A stretch of 22,811 nucleotides of DNA from Octopus sinensis (GCF_006345805.1 NW_021836762.1:1-22811), one strand, 5' to 3'; numbered from the stretch's first letter, positions 11,420 through 20,402 are shown. Program-made: numbers and translations. The notes: a model not told the origin generated them from the sequence alone.

Positions 11420-13368
11420 TTCCGTTGAAATTTGGTCAGCAGTTGAACAGTGAGGACGTGAGCTTTGAGCTCCGTCCTAAAAAGAAAAAAGAACAAAAAC
11501 AGAGAAGGTTGTCGAGGTACGTGATTTTGTTTGTTGTGAGCTGGGCATAATTTATTGCGTGCGAATTATTTTTTCAGTAAATTGTGCCCCGCTCTGGGAC
11601 AATTTCGTCTGCTCTCGGCGACTGTTGTTTTTGTGTATTGAAAATTATTGGATTCATTTTTGGTGGGGCGTATCCTCGCCCGAATAGAACCTGTTGCTGT
11701 TGCAGCTAACGTTGGCTGTATTGTGTTTGAACTACCGGACAACAAAAAAAGATTTATGACAAGAAACCTATCCACATTAGGCCGGAATAACCTGTTGGCC
11801 AATTGGATTTTTTGCTGTGTGAACTGTTTCTTATTTTCCGTTTATCCTTCCTGATTTTTTTCTTCCCTGTTGAACTATTAATTAATTTTTGGACTTACAT
11901 TTTTTAAAAATTTCTTTTTTACATTCTCTTTGAACTTTGAACTGTTTTTTGGAACTTTTAAGACTTTCTTTTTTGCACATGGCAAAAACAAACGGTGCCG
12001 CTGTTTCGGAGTGGGAGGTGGTGCCACTCAAACAGTGGATTAAAGATCTTGAGAAGAGGACGGTGGTACTGCGGACCTATTCTAGGTCGTGTGGTGCCAT
12101 CGCCCTCTTCGACAAGAGCGTGACACAGAGAGAGAGAGAGATTGGCAGACTATCTGCCAACTATAAAATTTATTTCACGGGGGACCAAATTTGCAACGGT
12201 TTGGTTGCTGTTTGGTACCCCCGAGGAAGCTGGCAGATTTGCCAGCGAGCCCCTTGAGGGAAAAGAAATTTTGTTCCTCCCCACTTATTGTGGGAGGAAG
12301 ATAAGAAGAGCCTGGGTGTGCGGGCTGCCCCCGGGCACGGGGGCGGGATGGATCGAGAAGACCATCCGGCGAGGCCTGGGGGATAGCGGGCCCAGGCTTT
12401 TGAGTGTGAAGATTACTCCCACGGTCGACTGGGAGGGGTCAAAATGCAACTTTGACCCTGTGGACCCCGGTAGCCGTGGGAGACATGATGTTTCCGAATT
12501 GCCTAAAAATGGCGCCCCTCCAAGTGTCACCTGTACCTGGAGCCTGGCCATATCAAAAGGAACTGTCCAGGGGGCCGTAGTGGGGCCCTGGAGCATGAGA
12601 AAGAGAAGGTTCCCGCCGCTCCCTTATTGGATGGGGAGACGGTGGAAGTCGTGGAGGAAGTTGCAACAATAGTTGCTCACCAAAGAATGTTCAGGCGGCG
12701 GAGGAGGGTAGCGATCCCCCGCGTCTGTCGACGCAGCCCCTTGCTCCCGCAGCCTCAAAAAGAAAGAGGAAAAAGAGAAGCAGTGGACGGTCGACGGATG
12801 TTCCTGGGCCGCCGACGGAGCCGCAGGTGGGATGTGTGCCACCTGCGGATAGGGCTCCGTCAGTGGGAAGTGTGCCACTGACGGAGCAGTGTGAGGTCCC
12901 TTTCTGTGAAGAAGAGGTGCTTGTCCTCCTTGACCACGAGGGAGGGACGGTGAGTAAATTTTTGGACGGCTTTGACTGACCGAGAACGTGTTCACTCGGT
13001 CTGCTCAAGTAGTCTGATATGGCCTCCGCAGGTGGCTGCGGAGGTAGTAACGGAAAAAATTTTGTCAAAGGTCACAGTAACCTTTGACAAGGAAGAATTT
13101 GCTTTCCTCTTTGCAGGCCCCGACTTGTCGATGCAGAGTTGTCTGCAGGCAGCAAGTCACTTGGCTTGGGGGACCTGACAAAGAGAATTCTTGTAAGAAA
13201 ATTTTGTATTGTTGTAAGAAACTTTGTATTCGAGGGTTTGTCGGTCGGTGGGCACCGACATCCCTCTCATCCGTATCATTTTGTTTCATTTCATCTCATC
13301 TTGTCCATGTCCAGCCCACAAGCTTCTCTCTGTATGCTGCCCTTGTGGCAAATTAAATGAAATAAAGA
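11420..13368 (+). mobile_element. ORF1-only non-autonomous non-LTR retroelement (L1/Tx1-like gag; HAL1-like architecture)
   Basis: DPE-like aggacgtg at 11453-11460, ~550 nt 5' UTR, a GC-rich disrupted ORF with a zinc knuckle, and ~190 nt 3' UTR ending gcccttgtggcaaattaaatgaaataaagaa. No endonuclease or RT sequence. 5' boundary approximate. Confidence 0.7.
11979..13178 (+). pseudogene. Frameshifted gag-like ORF1 (putative RRM region plus CCHC zinc knuckle)
   Basis: ATG at 11979 (MAKTNGAAVSEWEVVP...RTVVLRTY), a frameshift at the (AG)n run near 12125-12140 into ...FGTPEEAGRFASEPL...LPTYCGRKIRRAWVCGLPPG, and a second shift into RPSKCHLYLEPGHIKRNCP (12525-12566; CX2CX4HX4C with C2 changed to Y). 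Probable stop at 13176-13178. Confidence 0.72.
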
Positions 13369-13504
13369 AGCTTGCTTTCTAACCACATGGTTCCGAGTTC
13401 AGTTCCACTGCATGGCACCTTGGGTAAGTATGTTCTACTATAGCCTCGGGCCGACCAAAGCCTTGTGAGTGGATTTGGTAGACGGAAACTAAATGAAGCC
13501 CGTC

Positions 13505-13564
<60 letters not shown>

Positions 13565-13755
13565 ATGTGTTTGTCCCCCCACCATTACCTACATTGGTGT
13601 GTTTACATCCCCGTAACTTAGCAGTTCGATAAAGGAAACGGTTGAATAAGAACTAGGCTTACAAAGAATAAGACCTTGGGGCGATTTGTTCGACTAAAGG
13701 CAATGCTCCAGCATGGCAGCTGTCAAATGACTGAAACAACTTAACCACGGGAATG
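13369..13755 (+). mobile_element. Family B SINE lacking its first ~25 nt
   Basis: agcttgctttctaaccacatggttccgagttcagttccactg... is collinear with 9592-9976 through gtcaaatgactgaaacaa. Confidence 0.9.
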
Positions 13756-13776
13756 TGACTGAAACAACTTAAACAC

Positions 13777-14086
13777 GGGCATATGGCGTATTGGCTAAGA
13801 GCGCGGTCTACAAACCCCAAGATTCCGAGTTCCATTCCAAGCGGTGACCTGAACAACAACAACAACAACAATAACAACAACAATAATAATAATAATATAA
13901 TAATAATAATATAATAATAATAATAATAATAATAATAACAGAAAAATACCTTATGAATGAGAACCTAGGTTCGAAATTTCCCCAAGACACCTGAAGAAGC
14001 TGGAGCGTATATCAGCCGAAACGTTGAGTTAAACAACAAACAAGATGAGGACAAATATCCGTCGAATGTAAATAATGTAAATAATG
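13777..14086 (+). mobile_element. tRNA-headed SINE-like element (family D) with internal (AAC/AAT)n and a hammerhead-like 3' module
   Basis: A-box-like tggcgtattgg (13784-13794), B-box-like gttccattcc (13829-13838), microsatellite 13852-13938 and tail repeat aatgtaaat. Confidence 0.68.
13986..14030 (+). ncRNA. Minimal type I hammerhead ribozyme-like motif (Penelope-type)
   Basis: gacac CUGAAGA a gcug[gagcguauau]cagc c GAAA cgUU gaguu: CUGAnGA and GAAA cores, stem II gcug/cagc, palindromic aacgtt stem III and stem I with one mismatch. Confidence 0.62.
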
Positions 14087-14174
14087 CGGTGAAATATGTA
14101 TTAATATTTGGAAGGCTTTTTTAGGCGTAGTTCACAAGTGGATCGCTGGCCTTGGTACGGGACCCCGGAATCTA

Positions 14175-14399
14175 ATATTTTTTTCTCTTCTACTCTAGGT
14201 ACAAGGCCCGAAATTTTGGGAGAGGGGTCCAGTCGATTAGATCGACCCCAGTACGCAACTGGTACTTAATTTATCGAGCCCGAAAGGACTAAAAGCAAAG
14301 TTGACCTCGGCGGAATTTGAACTCATAACGTAACGGCAGACGAAATACTGCTGAGCATTTCGCCCGGCGTGTTAACGTTTCTGCCAGCTCGCCGCTTTA
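14175..14399 (-). mobile_element. Full-length family A SINE, tail type 1, with TSD
   Basis: Collinear with 1-218. Flanked by cccggaatcta (14164-14174) and cccagaatcta (14400-14410). Confidence 0.92.
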
Positions 14400-14568
14400 C
14401 CCAGAATCTATTATAGCCCAAGATATTCTATATGGTACTTTTCTGTTTTTATAAATTGTGCGTATGGTTGGCTTGGGAGGTAGATTTGCTATACTTTTCA
14501 TACTTAAATGAGTTTATATGTGTAGAATATCTTTGTTTAAAATTTATAGTAGATCCAACTTAGTGGTT

Positions 14569-15158
14569 ATTCTTTTATTCTTTTCTTTCATTCTTTTATT
14601 GATTTCAGTCATCTGACTGCGGCCATGATGACGCATCAACTTTAGTCGAACAAATCGACTCCAGGACGTATTCTTTGTAAGCCTAATACTTATTCTATTG
14701 CTCTCTTTTGCTGAACCGCTAAGTTACAGGGACGTAAGCACACTAACATCGGTTGTCGGGCGATGATGGTGGGGACAAACACAACCACACACACAGGCAG
14801 AAACGTTAGCAAGCCGGGCGAAATGCGTAGCCGTATTTCATCTGTCGTTCCGTTGTGAGTTCAGATTCCGCCGAGGTCGACTTTGCCTTTCATCCTTTCG
14901 GGGTCGATAAATAAGGTACCAGTTACGCACTGGAGTTGATATAATCGACTTAATCCGTTTGTCTGTCCTTGTTTGTCCCCTCTATGTTTAGCCCCTTGTG
15001 GGTAATATATATATATATATACGGTGGGCTTCTTTCAGTTTCCGTCTACCAAATCCACTCACAAGGCTTTGGTTGGCCCAATGTGCCGTGCAGTGCGACT
15101 GAACCCGAAACCATGTGTTTGGGAAGGAAGCATCTTACCATACAGCCACGCCTGCGCC
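14569..15158 (-). mobile_element. Family B SINE interrupted by a family A SINE
   Basis: The 3' half at 14569-14795 and 5' half at 15007-15158 (ends cttaccatacagccacgcctgcgcc) are reverse complements of 9592-9976. Confidence 0.9.
14796..15006 (+). mobile_element. Family A SINE, tail type 2, nested in the internal microsatellite of the family B SINE
   Basis: ggcagaaacgttagc...tttagccccttgtgggtaat matches 3842-4053. Confidence 0.92.
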
Positions 15159-15383
15159 TAGTTAGTAGGATTATGCAATATGTTGTGAACCGTGCAGTTG
15201 TATACTACGTTAAACCTTCTGCGTTGGGCTTGCAACGGGCATTCAGTAGGGGACGGCAGTTGCAGTTATCAGTCCTACGTGTGTTATTAGCAGAAAGGAA
15301 AGATGCACTACTATTTATGGAGAATTTAGAATTAAGGGTGTTATTAAGGGGATTGGTACGTATTATAGTTACTATTGCTGTTA

Positions 15384-15454
15384 TTTATTATTATTATTAT
15401 TGTTATTATTATTATTATTATTACTATCATTGCCATTAGTAGTAGTAATGGCAA

Positions 15455-15492
<38 letters not shown>
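15384..15492. repeat. (TAT)n and (TAG)n microsatellites
   Basis: Read directly from the sequence. Confidence 0.92.
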
Positions 15493-15500
15493 CTGTTACA

Positions 15501-15611
15501 TGTGTGCTTGTGTGTCTTTGTGCCGGTGTCTGTCCACCTACCCATTTGATAACCAATGTTGGTTTGTTTGCGTCCCTATAATTTAGTGAGCCGGCAAAAG
15601 AAAGCGATTAG
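15501..15611 (+). mobile_element. Degenerate fragment of the family B SINE 3' half
   Basis: ttgataaccaatgttggtttgtttgcgtccctataatttag...cggcaaaagaaagcgat resembles 9809-9870. Confidence 0.65.
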
Positions 15612-15712
15612 TAAAATGCTTTTAGAAAAATGGCTGCTCTCCATTGACTGCAACAACTAAAGGGAGAAAGATATATTACATATATACAAACACACACAAT
15701 ACACACGCACAC

Positions 15713-15750
<38 letters not shown>

Positions 15751-15754
<4 letters not shown>

Positions 15755-15934
15755 ACTACACACATTTTTTTCTCTCCTTGTTTCTCTCCTTGTTTTTTTC
15801 TGTGTCCCTTTCCGTAGAAGAGCGTAGGCTCGAAACGTAAAAGACTTTTTCTATCCTTGAGCGTTATACTAATACATCTGTTTGTTTTGTACACCATCTG
15901 TCTTCGTCTTTTGTTTTTCTCGTAAACTCTCCCT
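15751..15934 (+). mobile_element. Short interspersed repeat (solo pseudo-LTR-like unit) carrying a hammerhead-like motif, embedded in (AT)n
   Basis: Unique unit bounded by (AT)n on both sides, containing cttt ccgtagaa gagc[gtag]gctc GAAA cgUA aaag. Confidence 0.55.
15805..15845 (+). ncRNA. Degenerate/variant minimal hammerhead-like motif
   Basis: Stem I cttt/aaag, stem II gagc/gctc with a tetraloop, and GAAA-cg-UA. The CUGAnGA core is non-canonical (ccgtaga). Confidence 0.45.
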
Positions 15935-16065
15935 ATATATATATATGTGTATGTGTGTATATACATATATATATACATACAAACGCGCGCGCGCACACAC
16001 ACACCTATACTATATATATATATTATATATATATATATATATAATATATATATATAATATATATA

Positions 16066-16098
<33 letters not shown>

Positions 16099-16112
16099 CA
16101 TACATATACATA
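15934..16112. repeat. (AT)n-dominated microsatellite
   Basis: Read directly from the sequence. Confidence 0.92.
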
Positions 16113-16720
16113 GAATAGTTGAGTAAGGGTGTTAAGGATATAAAACCGTTTGATGCTGTTGTCGCGTGTTAAAGTACTTCGGCATTTTGGTGCAGTTAAA
16201 AAAAGCCATTTGAAAACGGATGTAAAAGAAAGAGGAGAGAAAATGAAATGAGATGAAAAGAAATGAAATTAAAGACTATAAAACTCACAGCAAATAGGCT
16301 GGAAAGAAAAAAAACTTATCTTTGATATCCCTTATAAAAGTATGTCTTTCGTTTTTGTATTTGGTTTGCAAAATTCTTGATATGAACTCATGTCTTGAAA
16401 CAGATTTTGCTGTATCTCGGGAGGACCATTATGTTAATAATAAGCACATGCACTGATTGTATTTCACTTTACTCTTGTATTTTGCGAACTGGTTAATCCT
16501 TTAACAGATTAGCTAAGGGGTTAAATGATTAATCATTCGGTCAATCAGTCAGTGAGCTAGATTTGTCGAAGTCCTTTCGTCGCCATTCGTGATCTCATCA
16601 ATGTCATACTCTCTCTTCTACATGTATACTTCTGGTTCGTGGCAAATATTGTGGTGTGTGAAAAGTTTTACAATTTTTGGTAACATTTTTGCTCTATTCG
16701 CCAAGTTAAACAAAACCAGC

Positions 16721-16917
16721 CTAGCATTCCAAGTAGAGGCCATCGTGTTGCACCATCTGAAGCTACCTTTCTATCAAGTTCTATGATACCAAGCTGATAC
16801 AAGTTGTTGTCCTTCGAAGTGAAAAACACCTTCACTGAAGCTTCCACCTCCTCTTGGTTGATGAAGCATCGCGAGGGCAGGAAGTGAGCCGTGGATCAGA
16901 ACAAATAATAATCCGAG
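16721..16917 (-). pseudogene. mariner (DD34D) transposase C-terminal fragment
   Basis: SDYYLF*STAHFLPSRCFINQEEVEASVKVFFTSKDNNLYQLGIIEL.../LQMVQHDGLYLEC*. Confidence 0.85.
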
Positions 16918-16918
16918 A

Positions 16919-17290
16919 TATTTTCCCGCAATCCAAACACGCATAAGCAGTGGTTAAGCAAGGGCCAGCTTCGGGAATGTTTCGCCAAACATGAGCGTTT
17001 CAAACACAATGTGATGCTCTGTGTCTGGTGGAATTATGAAGGGATAATTCACTTCGAGTTCCTGGCAGACAGTCGAGCAGTCGATGCCAACCTGTACTCC
17101 GAACAGCCGGAGCGGATGCATGCCATCATATGGCAAAATTACTCGGCATTAATTAACTGAAAGCGAGCCCTTTCAGTAAGACAACACAAGACGTCATACC
17201 GCTCAAACGAACCGGGATAAACTCCAAGAATTTGAAGGGATCGAACTAATACCACACCCAGCATATAGTCCAAACCCGGCTCACTCAGAT
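16919..17290 (+). pseudogene. mariner (DD34D) transposase catalytic-domain fragment
   Basis: RNPNTHKQWLSKGQL / AKHERFKHNVMLCVWWNYEGIIHFEFL...NLYSEQ... / DNTRRHTA...IELIPHPAYSPNPAHSD, matching the mariner VMLCVWW, HDNARPH and YSPDLAPSD motifs. Confidence 0.9.
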
Positions 17291-17533
17291 TTTGTCCATT
17301 TTCAAGAGAAGTTGCTACTAGTTACTTTTGAATTCTTCTTTGAACTCTGAGATATTAGTTTCCCTGAAAAAGAAAAGTAATACAGCTATTATTAAGCCGA
17401 GCTGAAATTAATGCATGCAAGATTTCACAGCCCTGGCATCACTCCTTCATAATCAACCCACCCCCCATATATATGCACGCATATTGTATACTTAGTAATT
17501 ACTGTGTTGCTATTGGAGAAGTTTAATTAGTAA

Positions 17534-17738
17534 TCTTTTCTACTCTAGGAACAAGGCTCGAAATTTTTGGGGAGGGGGCCAGTCGATTAGATCGACCCTA
17601 GTACGTAACTGGTATTTAATTTATAGACCCCGAAAGTATGAAAGGCAAAGTCAACCTCGGCGGAATTTGAACTCACAACGTAACGGCAGACGAAATACCG
17701 CTAAGCATTTCCCCGGCGTGCTAACGTTTCTGCCAACT
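17534..17738 (-). mobile_element. Family A SINE, tail type 1
   Basis: Collinear with 1-218 and 14175-14399. Confidence 0.92.
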
Positions 17739-17780
17739 TACATTTCTGCTTTAGAAATGTAATTAATAATATTGATTCCA

Positions 17781-17997
17781 AAGGCAGTGAGTTGGCAGAA
17801 AAGTTAGCACGCCGGGCGAAATGCTGAGCGGTATTTCGTCTGTCTTTACGTTCTGAGTTCAAATTCCGCCGAGGTCGACTTTGCCTTCTATCCATTCGGA
17901 GTCGATATATTAAGTATCAGTTGCATACTGGGGTCGAAATATTTGACTGGCCCCCTCCCCCAAATTTCAGACCTTGTGCCTAGAGTAGAAAAGAATA
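17781..17997 (+). mobile_element. Family A SINE, tail type 1
   Basis: aaggcagtgagttggcagaa...gagttcaaattcc...ccttgtgcctagagtagaaaagaata. Confidence 0.92.
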
Positions 17998-18098
17998 ATA
18001 CTGTACTAAGTTTCTATTATCTATTCATTATGACTTCGTAAATGAACAATAAAACATCGTTACGTGGTTAATTTTATTTAAACTTTAAAAAAAATGTA

Positions 18099-18310
18099 GG
18101 TTTCAAATTTTGGCGCAAGACCAGCTATTTTAGCGTGGTGAGTAAGTAAAGCACATTAACCCAAGTATTTTGCTGGTACTTATTTTATCGTCTACGAAAG
18201 AATGAAAAGCAAAGTCGACCTTGGTGGAATTTCAACTCAGAACCAAAAGATGGACGAAATGCCGCTAAGCATTTGCCAGGCGTGGTAATGGTTCTGCCAA
18301 TTTCCCGTTT
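18099..18310 (-). mobile_element. Diverged family A SINE with a third tail variant (...cttgcgccaaaatttgaaacc)
   Basis: ctggtacttattttatcg...aaagtcgaccttggtggaatttcaactcag...cgaaatgccgctaagcattt...ttctgccaa. Confidence 0.82.
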
Positions 18311-19749
18311 TAAATTACCAACTTATAATATTAACGATTAAAAGTAGGATTTTAAATTTCCGTTTGTCTTAAGTTAAAAATATAACAGAAAAGCTAGGGA
18401 TGTGAATTCCCATTCAAAAAGTCACCGGGGGGTAGTGAATGGAAGAAAAAACAAACAAACAAACATTTGGAACACTTGGCTCAGGGCCTCCCCCGTTGGT
18501 TCGTCTCCGATTTGTATTTCCTCTAAAGCTGATATTCTTTATACGCACGATTATTCACCGCCATCTTTGACTCTGTGTCTCTTATGAAGGCTCATATTCT
18601 TCTTCTCTTGTTACTCATATTCCTTACTCCCAACTATTTGTTATTTATCCAAATACCTTGCACTAAAAAGCTCAATAATTTCTTGGAAATCTTCGTTAAA
18701 TAATACTCTGCCATCGATCAAATTCTATATAAGAAAGAATCTGCATATTTTTTTTAAATACTTTATTTTTCCTGATTCTTTTTTTCTGTACTTATTTATT
18801 TTTTTTATTTGAAATCTTTGGCACGAATCAGACCAACATTTTCTTGCGACTATTGGGGAAGAAATAGAAAAGAAATAATAAAAAAAAAGCCCAAATCGTT
18901 CTGCTATTTATCAATTCCACCAAAGAAAGAATCTATTTAGATATTTAGCCTATTTCAACATTTTTTCTTCTTGCCTCATTTACTCTCCACTTGTTATTTA
19001 TCTAAATTTCTGGCACTAAGTAGACTAGAATTTCTTGAAATGCTTCGAAATGAATCTCTTTCCGTTTACTAGTCCCGCACAAAAGTCTGTTTGGCCTATA
19101 CAAGTTTACGTTCGGTTTACCCTTGCTTTGTACCATCTATTTATCCAAGATGCAGTCATTATCCAGACCAATATCTTCAAACAGGTATCAGCATTTTAAA
19201 TCCTTCTGTATTTATCTTCATCTCACAGACTGGACAAGTATTCTTTATATATTGTCTTTTTTCTTTCATCATTTTTCTTCGACTGCTTTTTATTCTCATT
19301 TATTTTTTTTCTGTTTTTTTTTTCTAATATGTATTTAGTTTTTTTTATTTCTTTCTTCTGAGATTTATTTCGCTTCTTATTATTTTGTGTCCAGGTTTCA
19401 AAGAAAGAATTTTTATGGTTAAACCCGTAAGTGTAGGAAATCGGACAAAAAAAAAGAAAAAAGAAAAAAGAAAAAGAAAATCATTGCAAGACTGCACTTG
19501 AATACTTGTTAGCAACACTCCCCCCACCCACCCACCCGACACTTCAATGGATAATTCTTCAGCAACAGCAACAACTACAACAACAACAACGACTTCAGCA
19601 TCATAAGAAGCAGAAACAGTAAAAATTACGACAGCAATAGCAGCATCAAGAACAGACCAAAAACAAAAACAAAAGGAAAAAAAAAAAAACAAGTGGTTAC
19701 AATAAGATAAGTATAAATTGCAGTAACAAAGAGATAACAACAAGAAGAT

Positions 19750-19835
19750 AACGATGATGGCAATGGCGATGATGATGATGATGATGATGGCGATGGCGAT
19801 GGCGATAATGGCAGTGACGATGATCATGGTGATGG

Positions 19836-19888
<53 letters not shown>

Positions 19889-19934
19889 GCGATGGCGATG
19901 GCGATAATGACAGTGACGATGATCATGGTGATGG

Positions 19935-19974
<40 letters not shown>

Positions 19975-20091
19975 AATGATGATGATGATGATAGTGGTGA
20001 TAATATGATGATGATGATGATGATGATGATGGCGGTGATGATGATAATGATGATTATGATAGTGATGATGATGATTGCGGTGGTGATGATA

Positions 20092-20135
<44 letters not shown>

Positions 20136-20173
20136 AATGATGATGATGTCGAAGATGTTGATGAAGATGATGG

Positions 20174-20215
<42 letters not shown>

Positions 20216-20402
20216 TGAAGAAGAAGAAGAAGAAGAAGAAGAAGAAAAAGAAGATGAATATAATAATGATAATAATAAAGAGAATACAAGATAGATGACA
20301 TAAATGAAAAATTCCCCAGTAATTGTAATACCAATGACGATGATGATGATAATGACGATGATGATGATGCAATGGCGATGATGAGGATGATGATGATGAT
20401 AA
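19750..20402. repeat. Compound trinucleotide field: (GAT)n, (AAT)n, (AAG)n
   Basis: Read directly from the sequence; source of the poly-M/I/H ORFs. Confidence 0.96.

Noticed and set aside
12285-13289. Minus-strand ORFs over the GC-rich element
   Set aside because: Shadows of the GC-rich plus-strand ORF1; the zinc knuckle and tail define plus orientation.
16345-16480. Segment that looks like a decayed interspersed repeat
   Set aside because: Single copy in the window, with no termini or motifs I can demonstrate.
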